Source: Microthyrium microscopicum (Eukaryota). Taken from it: a DNA stretch of 64,000 nucleotides. How positions within the stretch are numbered: the stretch's first letter is position 1; every line of letters begins with the position of its first letter. The stretch spans positions 2,619,860-2,683,859 of the forward strand of contig MU004231.1 of the NCBI GenBank assembly GCA_010405405.1, read 5' to 3'. This document shows, piece after piece, positions 50,819 through 64,000 of the stretch. The notes under the pieces are model-generated. The model saw only the letters and a list, made by a program, of their open reading frames with translations. It was not told the origin of the DNA and did no database searches. A program made the position numbers and the translations under genes.

Positions 50819-53800
50819 TGTAATAAGCTATGAAACTTAGAGCGAGCAGATAATTAGATTGTATTCTAGAATCTACAAACGAGAGAGAGAGAGAAGAAGA
50901 TCTAGAAGAGCTATAGATCTATAAGGAAAGTAAGTCTGCTTAGTAGATTCTTAGGCGCGCTAACCCTCCTAAGTTTAGCGCGTAATCTTATAATAAGATC
51001 TCTCTTATAATACTACTATAAAGCCTATAAAAAGGAATTATTATATAATCCCCTCCTTTAGTATAGCTCTCTAGGCTATAGACTACTAATTATATCTACT
51101 TTCCTAATCTATTCTATTCTAATCTAGTCTAGTCTAGTTTAGTTTAGTCTAGTCTAGTCTAGTCTAATAAACTTTTAGTAATAAATAATATTTTAATCCT
51201 TCTATAGTATAATACTAACCTTACTAGTCGTTTAGAGCATCTTAATCTCTAGCTTACTAAGGCAACTATTAAGAAGTATTAACGAACCTTAAGATATCCT
51301 TAGAATACTCTAGTTCTTAAGTCCTAGTAGTCTAGTAGTTAGTAATCTTATTAATATAAGGAAATTAGTAGTATAATTATTTTACTTCTCCTAATTAGTA
51401 GGAATGCTATTAAAGTTATAATTAATACTATTGCTAGTAGGCTCTAGTATTAGTAGTATCTAGGTAGGATATAGGCCTAGCTTACTAGAGTACTAAGCAT
51501 AAAACTTAGTAATAAGCTTTAGCACGTTCTTAGTAACTATCTAATTATACTATTTAGCTTTATTATAACTAGTATACTTAATCTTATATTATAGCTTCTT
51601 ATACTAACTAGTAAAGTAGCTATTAATAATAGCGTTAATAGACTATTTATTATTATTTATAGTCTCTCTAATAACTACTAGTAGTAAGTTAGTATGCTTA
51701 AGTAGCTTAGCGTTATTTATAATATAGTAAAGAACCTAGGCGTAAAAGATATTATATATCTTTATAGAAGTAAGGAGATTAAGTTTATAGGTAATAGTAT
51801 TAATCTTTTTAATTATATAGAAGGGGCCTATATTCTTATCGTCTAGAGTTTTTAAGGAACGTAATATAGAGTAGTTCTATATATCTAAGTAAACCTAGTC
51901 GCCTAGTAATAAGTCTAGAGCTATATAGTAGTAGTAGTTAGTATATTCTACTTACTAAGCTTATACCTAAATTAATTGCTCTATTAGATAATTATATATC
52001 TTAGCGTAACTCTTCTATATTATATCTATATTAATAGCTTCCTTATTAGCTACTATAGAGATATTTATAGGTTTTAGGAGGTGATATAAGGACTTAAGGC
52101 CTAATTAAGGGTTAAATCTATTTTAAGCTTTAAAAGGTATAACTCCTATAGTAGCGTTTATAATAGAATTAACTATAAATTTAGTAAAGGGTAGAAGGGC
52201 TACTTAGTTATCTTAATCCTAGTTAATAAACGCGCGTAAGAACTACTTAAGTATAGTAACTAAGATTTTTATTATACTATTAGTTTTAGGGTAAAATATT
52301 ATACTAAGGTAGAGTATTATACCTATACGTTTATATAAGCGCTTTTAGAATATAGAGGTAAATTAGCTACTATAATCTAAAAGAATTATTAATAGCTAGC
52401 TAATAAGCTTCTATACATAGTTAATAAAGGCTAATACTATTAAGTCTATAGAGAGGTTTAGTAGCAAAATAAAGCATTAAGTCTATATATATTAGTTAAT
52501 AACTACTATAACGTGCTAGTAAATTATACCTTAGTATAAACAATAAGGTAATAAGATAGCGAAATTAATAAAGATATTAGACTATACGCGCTTAAGGAGA
52601 GGAAATTATTATAAGAAGCCTTACTTCTTTTAGCAAACTAGTTTAGTAAATACGTACTTATAGCCCTTAATAAAGCTCTTAATATTCTATAATATCTTAG
52701 GCTATTAGTAATTCTCTTATAAGTAGTAGTAAGTTATTACTACTCTACTATAGCTTATAGCTTTATAGCTATATACGCTTTATATAGCGTGACACTAAAG
52801 CTTTCCTTAAGAAATAAAGATTTAGTTATAATAAAGGATTATTTTATTAGTAGCTATTATATAGTCTCTAAGCTTAATCTACTCTTATTTTAGAGTATTA
52901 AAGGATAAAAAGAGCTAGTAGTTAGTTTTAGCGTAGTAAATAATAATTATTATTTTATTATACTCTATTATGTTTATAATATTTTATAAAAACTAGTTGC
53001 TATTAAAATCTAGGAATAAGTTATCTCTTAAGAGATTAAGTAGCTTACTCTTAGGCATCTTATTATTACTAAGAGACTCTTCTATAGAATTAAGTAGCTT
53101 ACTTATAAGATTAGAAATATCTAATTTATTCTAAGTAATAGTAGCTAGGTATAGTATTAAGAGGCAAGTAGGTTTAATAAGTAATATAGCTAGCTTTACT
53201 ATATAGTCTATATTAAATTAGTATAGGAATAGTAAAGGTTAGACTTATTAAGAGACGTAAGGGTTATTATTACTTTATAGGATATTTTATAACTAATAAG
53301 TAAAGGCATCTACCTTTCTATTAGCTATACTTAGTTAGTACTTTATCTTAAAGTAAAACTAAGAAAGAAACTTAGCCTATCTAGCTTATTATTAAGAGAG
53401 ACGTTTTATTATTATAAACGTCTAAAAGTTATAGTAATTAGAGAATACTTAAATAGAGTTAATAGAGCTAAATAGCTCTAGTTCCTATTCCTTAAATATA
53501 TAGATAATAGCTAGAAGTTCTTTATTATAAATATTATAATTATATTCTACTAGAGTTATCTTCTTTAAGAGGTATATAACTAGGTAAAGCTTCCTATTAT
53601 TACCCTTTTAAGAGAGAACTATAGCATAAACTTAATCTAAGGTATTTATTTCTAGCTATATTTCTTTAGTATAGTTAAAGTAGCATAATATCTTAGTAGA
53701 TATAAAGTTTATTTTTAGCTTCTTAAACGCGTATTCCTCTAGCCTATTAAGGTTTTAAAGGAAAATTACTATAGCGTCCTTCTTTATAAATACTATTAGT

Positions 53801-56800
53801 AGTGCTATAGTCTTTAAATATTTAAGAATAAATTAGTAATAGAAGTTAGTAAAGCTAAGAAAAGCTTAAACGTCTTTAACTAAAGAGGAACGTTACTAGT
53901 TAACTATACTTTAAACCTTCTCTAGGTCTATCTTAATGCCTTTAGTAGTAATAATTAAGCTAAGGTATTTAACTTATTAAGTATTAAATTTATACTTCTA
54001 GATATCTAAGTATAATCCTACTTTACTTATTGCTTCTAAGACTAGATAGGTATAAGTAGTATAGCTAGCTTTAGTATTACTAAAGATTAATAGATTATCT
54101 ATATAGCCTATAATGAAGTTATTAAGGTAATTAATTAGAATATAGTTAAAATAAGCTTAGAAAGTTTTTAGGGCTTTAATAAAGCTAAAGGGCATAACTT
54201 TAAATTTATATAACCTATAGTAAGTTAGGAATATAGTTTTATATTTATTACTAGGTTTAATATAGATATATATAAAGGTAGTAATAACGTTAAACTTAGA
54301 GAAGTATTTTGCGTAATAGATATAGGTTAAAGTTTCTAGTAGCTATAAAGAAATATTATAATTCTTTTATATAATCTTATTAAGTCTATAGTAATTAATA
54401 TAAACTTAAATTTCTTTTCCTAGTTTGTATGTATATAGTATTAGTATAGTGTAATGTAATTTGCTAGCTTAAACTTAATCTTAACTAAGTATTTAATTAA
54501 TATATTATTTAATAATAAGGAATTCCTAGTAACCTAGGCTATTATAGTAGCGTTTAGGGATTATAGCGTTTAGGATAATATTAATAGAGTAATCTTATTT
54601 GCTATAATATAGTATAAGTTTATTGCCTAATTTTAGGTTAAAGATATCTATATAATAGTAATATTCTTTTAGTAAGTATTTAAGAATCTCTTCTCGTAAG
54701 AAGGAAGGTTTATTATATTTTTCTTGCTACTTTTTAAAGTCCTTAGGTAAGATTTTACCTAAATTAATAGTAATATCTTCTTTTAGTATAGGATTTAGAT
54801 TTAGAGGTTTCTTATCCTTTTTGTTTTTAAAATTATTAGGCTAGATTTTACTAAATTACTAGCCTTATTCTAGTAGTTTAATAAAGGTAATAGCACTAAC
54901 TATAGTAACATTCTTAAAGTAAGAATTAGTTAGATTAACTAAATAGCCTTTATAATCTATAAAGATTAGGTAACTAGCTAGTAGGTAATATACTAAGTAG
55001 TAGTCTAAATTAAAGAGGATTTACTTCTTTCCTTCTTTAAGAGTAACCTTATAGAGGTTAATCTATAGGTTACTAAGAATAATATTATAACTAGCTACGT
55101 CTATAATAAAGTAGTAGATTTGTTTAATATGCCTTCCTAAATAAACGTTAACTATAGTAGCTTTATTAACCTTTATAATAGCTTTACTATTAGCTAATTA
55201 TATAATTTAGAGAGTAGAGAGATTAATAGTAAGAATCTTGTATTATTTAATAAAGTTAGGGTAAATAATTCTTATTACTCTACTCTCTATATCTATAAGG
55301 ATATTAATTTTTAAGTAGTAGTCTTACTTTAGAAAGAATATAGTACTATAAGTAGTCTACTAATTACTTACTATAGGTATAGTAGCTACTTCTTAAGGGT
55401 AGAAATTGTATACTATAGAGGTAAGGAATATCTTAATAATAGCTAACTTAGTATTATTAAATATAATAGGCTCTAGGGATAATACTTATTAAAGGTTAAC
55501 TTCTAGGCACTAGATAGTCTTATTAACCTTATATTAGATTTATTCTTTTATAAGAACTAGCTTAGAGTTAGGTTTATCCTTCTTTTATTACTAATTATAT
55601 GCTTTTTACTTATTTAGCTTCTTCGCGCGTCTCTATAGAGAAGCTTTTAGTTTTTTATATTATTACTATAATTATATTTATTATAATTATCCTTTATGGT
55701 TAGGAACTAAGGAGATTAAGTAGTAATTTAATTATAGATAGTAGTAAACTCTATAATAATAGCTATAACCTTTAGTTAGATTTTAGTATCTAATAAGGTA
55801 TCTCTATTCTTATATAGTGCTAAGTTATACTAATAGCTATAGCCTTTCTCTTTATACTTTATATAATAGTTATTAGCCTTTAAGGCATTATAAATGTCTA
55901 AAGGGTAGTTAAACTTAAGTTTTTATTTACTACTCTTAGCTATTAGATAATTATTATTATTATAGCTTTATAGATTAGTAGAGAGGACGTATTTAATATA
56001 ATAAGTAATAGTATATAGGCTCTTAAGGAAATTCGTAAATATTTTTAATTCTATAAAGAGTACTCTCTCTACGAATTTTAGGAGTAGAAAGGGATATATT
56101 TTAATAATTTTATCTTAATTACTAAGCTTAGCTTTTCGTAAGTTCTCTAAGAAATAAGCTAGAAATTATTTAAGCTTCTTAGTAGGCTTTATTATAGCTT
56201 CTTAACTTTTAAGCTAGGTCTTAGTAGTAATATAGCTATCTTTAATACTATACTTATAATCTAGATTAGACTATATTTCTACTATAGATAAATATAGGTT
56301 AGTTAACTTATAATTACTTTATTTATTAATAGTACTAAATACCTAATTCTCTATTACTCCTTAGATAACTTAGATTTTAGAGGCTTTTATAAGATAGACT
56401 TATATATTATTATTAAGATAGTCTAATACTTTGCCTTTCTAAGTATAATACTTCTACTTATTCTTTCCTAAGAAGAGTAAAGGTTTATTACTTTATACTT
56501 TAAGGAGAAAGGCGCTACTAATTAAGTTAAAGTTAAAGAAAGGAGTAGTTTAATGCAAGTCTAATACCTCTAAGGGTATATTTAAGTTAGGTTAGTCTAT
56601 ATCCTAAGTTAGAGAGGTTTAGTAGAATAGATTATTATCTACTAACTTATTATAATTAAGATAGAGATTAGTTACCTTAATAGCTAAGAGTTTCTTTTAG
56701 AGAGCGTTAACCTAAGCTTAAAGGATAGTAGCTTCGTCTACTTTCTTCTATAGAGCTTTATAATATTTACTAATCTTATTAACGTAAGTAGTAAGTATTT

Positions 56801-58473
56801 CCTTAAGTAAATTATTATTATATTATAGCTCTTATACTTTTTAGCAAGTAGTTACTACTTCCTTAAGGGTAATAGTATTATCTTAAATCTACGCTTTAAA
56901 GTAAGTAATCTACTTTGTACGTTTATTATTAGTTTTAGCTAAGTTCTATATCTCTCTCTAAGCTTCTAAAGCTTCTTCCTAGAGAGTATAGATTAAGTCT
57001 ATATTATAAGCGTTTATATTTTGCTTAATTTTAAAGAAGTAGGCTATAGTTTAAGAGGCTAATAATAAGGTATAGAGCTATATAACTAAGTTGTCTAATA
57101 TAATCTCTTCTTTTAATAGATATTCTAAGTCTATACTTAATTTAATTAAGTAGTAAGAGTAATAGTAAAGGTCTAATTACTTCTTTTTATAATAGAGGTA
57201 TATTCTTACGTCTTTTAGCTTATTACCTTCTTTGTTAGGTATCTTTTGTACCTAAGTAGCTTAAAAGATTAGAAGATTCTTATTAATAGTTAGAGTAACT
57301 AGTTAATTAAAGTTTACTACTATAGGGTAGTAAGATATTAATATAGGTAGTACTCTAGGGCCTTTAGCTTACTAGCGTAGTTCTATTAGCTATTTATATA
57401 TTTTAAAAGAAAGTCTAGTATTATTATTAGGTTAGAAAAGAGCTAGTAATTAGTTATCTCTTATATTTATTTAGTTTAGTAAAGTTATTTAACTAGTATT
57501 TTAAGGGGCATCTTCTAACGCTTTAGTCTTTTTGCTTTTACGGCCTTATTCTAATAGATAATTATTTTTTAACTTATCTTTATCTTTTAATAACGCTTTT
57601 AAGTCTAGCTCTAGTAGTTTTAATAATCTTAAGACGCTCTCTACTAAATCTACTACTTTCTAGGTAGTATCTAGTTATACTATATTCTAAGTATTAAGTC
57701 TACTTTAATACTTAGTACGTATAGCAAAAGGATAACATAATAAAGATAGATAACGTAAGCATATAGGAGATAAGAATAGGTACTAATTATTAAGCTAAGT
57801 ATAAGTAATTAGGGATAGTAAGTAGGCTATATAGCTATTAACTTAAGTCTATTAGTTAGGAGCCTTATTAGCTATAGTTATAAATAATAAAGAAGGATAC
57901 TAGGAGGAAATACTTATTTATTTAGCGCGTTTTAATAATAAGCATATTAAGTATAATTATAAATATTTAGTAGTAGTATAGAAGATAAACTTTAGTATTC
58001 TATAGAACTAAGGATAAGAGGTAATTAACGCTTAGACTATTAATAGGTTAAAGAGTATTAGAGAATCCTAATACTTTAATTAGATAAGGAATTAGTAAGG
58101 CTAATAGATTTAGTAAATCTATAAAGGATCTTTAATAAGGTCTAAGACTATACGTATAGAATATTAATCTATATAGGCGCTTCTTTAGAAGTAAATTCTA
58201 GAGTATATAGTATAAATATGTAGGTAGTTAAACAGTTTATAGATTATATAACGAGCTATAGAACTTAGAGTAAGTAGATAATTAGATTATATTCTAGAAT
58301 CTATAAATAGGAGAGAAAGAGAAGAAGATCTAGAAGAGCTATAGATCTATAAGGAAAGTAAGTCTACTTAGTAGATCCTTAGGCATACTAATCCTCTTAG
58401 GTCTAGCGCGTAATTTTATAATAAGATCTCTCTTATAATACTACTATAAAGCTTATAAAGAGGAATTATTATA
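50819..58473 (-). mobile_element. Ty3/Gypsy LTR retrotransposon family B, full length 7655 bp, nested in the A2 integrase
   Basis: 227-bp LTRs at 50819-51045 and 58247-58473; TSD AGAAG on both sides; PPT (rc aaaggaggggatta) next to the left LTR. RT remnants FKVMPFSF...YIDNLLIFS at ~54060-54240. Confidence 0.92.
51123..51166. repeat. (CTAGT)n pentanucleotide repeat in the 3' region of element B
   Basis: tctagtctagtctagtttagtttagtctagtctagtctagtcta. Confidence 0.8.
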
Positions 58474-61400
58474 AGAAGTAACCCTAGTTAATAAGTAAAT
58501 ACTATTATTATAGTTAAACTTAGCTAAACTAAGCTATCTTACCTAATTATCCTATTCTTAATACTTATAAATTTATAAGTAGTACTTAACCTCCTAGTTT
58601 AAGCGCTCTATTTAACTATTAGTCTATAAGTAAAATATCATTAAAAGCTTTCTAAGGATAGAAAGGTAATAAAGGAACGTTTTTTAGTACTTAGAAATAA
58701 AGAGAGGTCCTTAATTAGATATAATAGTATAAGGTATACTATATAGGTATATAACCTTTTATAAAAAGATCTTAGTAAGGTCTTTTATATCTATATCCTT
58801 TCTTATTAAGATATAGTAAGCTATTTTAGTTAATTTATTAATAACTACTATAATAAAGTTATAGGTTTAACTATTATAAATACTTAAGAGCAAATCTATA
58901 ATAAAATCTATAGTAATATCTTTCTATAACGCTTTTAAGACTAGTAAGGCTATTAGTAACTCTTTCTAAGCTTATCTAATAGATTTATTACGTTAATAGT
59001 TAAGGCAAGCCTTATAATAGTCCTTAATATCCTTCTAAACATAGTCCTAAGTATAGTAGCGCTTAATCTTCTTAAGTATCTTCTTTAACTTTTTATAACT
59101 ACCTTCTATAGCGTTATTATAGAACCTTTATAGAATTTTTTTCTTTTATAACTCTTTCTTAATAAAAATAAGATTTTTACTTATTTATTTAGCTTTATTT
59201 AAGTTATTCTTAGCTAGAGGAGGTTTATTAATAGCTAAAATTTTACTAAAGCTTATTTTTAGATATTTTTAAGTCTTAGTAGGCTTATCTTAACTTCTCT
59301 TAAGTTAGTTTATAGTAGAATACTACGTATTAATACTAACGTATGTAATAATAAAGTCTATAAGTCTAATAGCGTTAATTTTAGCTATAAGAACGTTATT
59401 AAGCTATAATTTATTATAGAGTAGGTTAAGTAATACTTCTATAGTCTTTTTCTATTCTCTTTAGCTCTCTTTAACGTAGTTTAGACGTCTTAAGGGTTTA
59501 TTAACTAGATTTATCTTATCTAGGTAGTGCTTAATATTAAAATTATATTCTAAGAGTAAATCTATCTACTTTACGTATATTAATAATATTTTTAGTATTA
59601 TTTTAAGTAATTTAAGGTTTATATAGTCTATTAAGATCTAAAATTAGTTTAGTAAGCCTTATAAGTACTTTCTAAATATTTTTAAGGAATCTATAATTAC
59701 TAAGAACTTCTATTATAAAGTCCTATAGTAGCTTTTTAGTAAAGATAATTTCTAAAAATAGAATATAATAGGTTTCTATAGGCTATCCTAGTCCTTATTA
59801 TACTATCTTTAGCTTAATATTCTATAAATTACTCTTTTAGAAGTATTAGTTTCTAACTATATAGGAAGCATAGAGTTAAAATAGGCTAAAATTAGTATAT
59901 TTATAAAAGAATCTTTTAGTTTATTAAAAGAATTTAAAGCGTTTAGTAGTAATTTAATATTTATAGACTTCTCCTACTATAGCTTTAAGCCTTTTAGGGC
60001 TTAACCTAGTTCTTTTTAAGTTAAAGTATTTAGTAATATAGTAATATAGAAGAATTTAGTAATAAATTAATAATAGTAGTTTATAAAGCTAATAAATTTC
60101 CTTACTTAGTATATATTATATAGTTTTAGCTAATCTAGGTATATATTAACTTATAACTAATCTATAGTAGTACTATCTAAGGTTATAATATAACTTAGAT
60201 ACTTTATACTACTAGTATAAAACTTATACTTAAATAGTTTTATATATAGATAGTACTCTATAAGTTACTATAAGACTTTTTAGATGTCTTTAATATATTA
60301 CTTTTTAATTTTAGAGTAAATAAGGATATTATTAAAGTAAATAATATATATTATATCTACTAAGCTTCTTAATACTTAGTTAATATATACTTAGAAAGCT
60401 ATAAAAGTATTTATAAGTCTAAATAAGACTACTATATACTTAAATATTCTATATTTAGTTCTAAATATAGTTTTCTACTTATTATTATCTTTAATACGTA
60501 AATAGTAGTAAGCTTTATATAAGTTAAAGCTAATAAAGAACTTAGTGTCTTAAAGTCTATCTAAAGACTTTTTAATAAGAAGTAATACGTACTAATTCTT
60601 AATAGTAATATTATTTAGGCCTTAATAGTCTATATAGAGTTATAATATCCTATCTTTCTTCTTTATAAAAAGAATAGAAGCTTTAGTAAGGAATCTTAAC
60701 TTCTAAATCTAACCTTTTATAAAATAAGTATCTAAGTACTTATATAGAATAATTAACTTAGTCTCTAAGAGACTATAAATAGGTTTATATAGTACTATAG
60801 TGCCTAGCTCTAGGTTAATCTTAAAGTCTTATAGACTATATTAGGCTAGTTTAAGCATATTTTATTTACTAAAGGCTTTAGTAAACTATAAATACTTACT
60901 TAAGAGCTCTTTTATAGATAAATTTAGGTTTAGTAACCTAACTAAATAATTAAATAGTTAAGATAAACTATTCTAAGCTAACTTAGAAAACTTATTAATA
61001 TTTATAATCCTTATCTTACTATAGAAGCTACTAAAAGATTACTTTTACGTAAGAGTCTTATTCTTAAAGTCTAGAAGAAGATTCTACTCTTCTAACTAGA
61101 GTATTCCTATAATAATAAAGTAATATAAGAAGTCTATAATATAAAATAATTCTATTTTAGTCTTAGAAAGGCTATTTAAGTTAATTATTATTATTATAGC
61201 TTTTATAACTCTATAAATATATATAAGAGTACTATCTAAGTACGTTATAAGTATCTTAAGAAGAAGAGTAATATAGAGCTAAAGTCTTTTAGCTAGTTTA
61301 ATATTTATAACGTTAAAGTATAATTTATAATTAACTATAATGTCTAAGAATAGAGCTTTTTAGCTCTTATTATTTCTTAGACTTCTTTATAAGTATATTT

Positions 61401-63490
61401 ATTTTAACTTTAGTCTTATAAAGTCTACTTTACTAAGTAAGTTATTATTCTTAGCCCTTAATATCTTTAAGACGTATATAATAATAGTTTTATAGAGCTA
61501 TTTAGCACTAAGCTAAGCTATTTTATTAATAAGAAAAGCTACTAAGTCTTAGTCTATAACTTTATAGCCTTATTTTTTCTTTATAGCTTAGAGTATTTTA
61601 TTTTAAAATAGAGTTTACTATATTTAAAGTATTTAACCTTTTTTAAGTTAGACTCTAGTAGAATATCTACGTTCTAAGTTATTTTAAGTATAGCTTATTC
61701 TATTTTATTATTTTTTAAAGAGTAGAAAAACTTTTTAGGTATTCTTAGCTTTTTTAAGCCTTTCTTATACTTATACTTATTTCCTAAAGAGTATAAGTAT
61801 TATTTTAAGAAAGATTATCTTAAGTTTACTTTTTTAGAAGTAGAATAGACCTTAGTTTCTATAGAACTAGGAGTCTAGTATAAGTTAGTCTTTTTAAGGG
61901 CTTCTTTAACTATAGTAATAGCAAATTTCTTATTAAAAAGAATCTTTTCTTATATATTTCTAAAAAAGCTCTTATAGAACTAAAAGAAGTAACCCTTTTA
62001 GTTATTATATCCTTATTTTTTCTATAACCTAAGGAAGTTATTATAAAGCTTCTAAGAATAGTATTAACTTAATTTAATTATCTAAAACTTCTTAAAAGTA
62101 ATATATTCTTACTTTATAAAGTAGCCTAAATAGCCTAGTATGTAGTTTTAGACTACTTACTATATCTTTTAGAATCTTAAGTCTTAAGACTTCTTATAAA
62201 GGATAAGATTATTTAATCCTATTTATAATAGCTCTTTCTTAAGCTAATTATATCTATAAATATACTAGTAGAATTATTAATTATAGGTACTCTTCTAATA
62301 AAAGGGTTTAATAAACTTCTATTTAATATTATTAACTTAGAATATATATTCTTAGAGACTCTTCCTCTTATAAGGCTTTATTTTAGGCTTATCTTAGTTT
62401 AAAGGTCCTAAGAGGGTAAAAGCTTAGCTTAAAAGATACTAATTAAGTCTTATTACGTTAACTTAGCTAAAGTTCTTTAACTCTTAGGTAGTTTTAAGCT
62501 TACTAAACTAAATTGCCCTAGTTTTTACTATTAGCTCTTATACTTTAAGCTCTAGCTTCTTTTTATTAATAAACGTATTAAGTTTCTTTTTATAACGTAT
62601 TATAAAGTTATTTTAAGTCTTTTTAGGCCTAAGTAGGTTAGGGTTAGCTAGTTTAATATTAAATAGATCTAATAGACTTCTAAATATATTAATTTAGGAT
62701 ATAATAAGTACTAGTAACTCTTAGCCTAATAATTAAGGCTACCTAAGTTCTATCTAGGCGTTAAGGTCTAAATATCTATTATTAGATATAGTTTCTAATT
62801 AAATAAAAGATAAAAATAATTTCTTTAAGTACTTAAGGGTTAAGAAGTAATTACTATATTAGAAATAGGTTATTCTAAGTAGGTAAAGACTATAATTATT
62901 ATAGTTTAAGTAGATATATAAAAATAGAGATAAGAGTAATTACTAGGAAGTTACTTAGATCTCTATAATTCTTCTTCTTTATTACCTAGAGCTATAAGGA
63001 CTTTATTAAGCTATTTATATTTATAATAGGTCGTTATTAGTTAATCTAACTAATAACGCTTTATTCTACATAGATATATCCTATTAGTAGTTATCTTAAA
63101 CTAGAGGTTTCCTAGTTCCTAACAGGCGTTTTATATCTTCTACCCTTACTAACTCTATAAAACCTTAACGGATTTAGCTAGTTCTTTTAAAATACCTATG
63201 AAACCTATAATTTATACGTATAGGCGATATGGTAATAGCTACATTAGGCTAGATAGCTAGTAATCTATAAGGGAAGGTTAGACTTAGAGAATCTTATTGT
63301 TAGTTTTAATGTTCCTTGCTAAGCTAAGATCCCTATTAACTCCTACTAAAATTTGGCTCCCATCTAAGTAGTCCTAGCAGTCCTGGCAGTAAAGTACAAT
63401 CCGATAAGATTAGAGATAGACTAACGTCCAACGGTCCTAGTAGGGTCCTAGTAGGACTGCTAGCTAACCTAAACTTTTACCGATGTAGTT

Positions 63491-64000
63491 TAGTTAAAAT
63501 TTTAACTTTAGTTTAAACTATAAGTAAAAGGTCTTATTCTTTACTATAGAGGCAAATTTATTTATTATCCTATTTTTTTCTTCTTAATTTTTAATACTAT
63601 CTAAAAAGATTTAGTTAATACTATTACTTTTTAGAAGTTATCCTTATTAAGCCTATAAAAAATTAAAAATATTTTTTAAGATTTAATACTAGAATAACTT
63701 AAAGTAGTAAAGACTAAACTTATAGACTTATATATTATTAGTAATTTAACTATTTTATTATTACTTTAAGAAGTATTAAGTTATTTTAATAAATAACTAT
63801 TATCTAATAAAAGTTATATTTATATATATAAATAAATTAAAGTAATCTATATAAAAAATAATTTTCTAGGCATCTAGTTTACTATTAACCTAAATAATAT
63901 TAATAATATTATAAAATTATAGCTAGTAATATTCTAAGATTAAATATTATAATAAGTAAATAAATTTATAAAGAAATTAGAGACTAGTATAGAATAATTC
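63491..64000 (+). mobile_element. Helitron Rep remnant continued (Helitron_like_N), runs off the window
   Basis: LYYRGKFIYYPIFFFLIFN...YK*IKVIYIKNNFLGI*FTINLNNINN reads as RIP'd LRHGGKFAxHPxFxFLxFN...PGIWFTINPND, the motif order expected after TLFPFGxGGP on the other side of the insertion. Confidence 0.82.

Larger units (their letters stand above)
45812..63124 (-). mobile_element. Ty3/Gypsy chromovirus family A, copy A2, carrying two nested insertions
   Basis: LTRs 45812-46079 and 62857-63124 (ends CCTAACA); TSD AGCGT/GGCGT (one G>A). Colinear with A1; net length after removing the nested elements and their TSDs is 8778 bp, the same as A1. Confidence 0.93.
45372..63490. mobile_element. Non-autonomous CACTA/CMC-like TIR element (~0.8 kb net), split by chromovirus A2
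   Basis: TIRs (t)actacattggcaaaagtttgggttagc and gctaacctaaacttttaccgatgtagt(t) match 24/27, all differences being transitions. Subterminal TCCTRGYAG repeats occur at both ends and there are possible 2-bp TA flanks. Own sequence is 45372-45811 plus 63130-63490. Confidence 0.7.
28400..64000. repeat. AT-rich RIP-mutated transposon block (runs off the window)
   Basis: Abrupt change to very high AT, excess TpA and near absence of CpA/TpG. The ORF track has no ORF after 28.3 kb. Repeat copies differ mostly by C>T/G>A transitions. Confidence 0.95.

Noticed and set aside
28400..64000. Mitochondrial insertion, centromere or Starship as the explanation for the AT-rich block
   Set aside because: Composition is explained by RIP of identifiable TEs. 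I saw no organellar genes and no tyrosine-recombinase captain remnant; centromere status cannot be judged from sequence alone.

Overview
Filamentous-ascomycete DNA (GT-AG introns with CTAAC/CTGAC branch sites; strong RIP). The housekeeping proteins look Dothideomycete-like to me, which is an inference. The window has two compartments. (1) 1-28.4 kb is gene-rich: bem1 (partial), a class I SAM methyltransferase, a secreted Cys/Pro-rich protein, a SAC3/GANP (THP3-like) gene, an intact CYP51, a broken DEDDh exonuclease, rsp5/hulA, an RTA1-like gene and a Zn2Cys6 transcription factor. The CYP51 has signature motifs I recall as CYP51C, the paralogue usually called Fusarium-specific. It is bracketed by three related MITE-like elements and has a 2.7-kb RIP-decayed hAT-like insertion (8-bp TSD) ending 117 bp before its ATG. 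(2) 28.4-64 kb is an AT-rich, RIP-mutated nest that can be resolved almost base by base. A Helitron (DUF6570 + Helitron_like_N remnants) is interrupted by a CACTA-like element. That element holds a Ty3/Gypsy chromovirus copy (A2), which itself holds a second Gypsy family (B) and an 873-bp TIR element with a 2-bp TSD. A complete sister chromovirus copy (A1, 8778 bp) lies further left. The most novel-looking signals are (a) an intron-containing gene, antisense to gag-pol and flanked by direct repeats, carried downstream of pol in both chromovirus copies, and (b) the TE-bracketed CYP51C-like gene. All protein-family calls are motif recognition from memory; no searches were run, and de-RIP readings are reconstructions.
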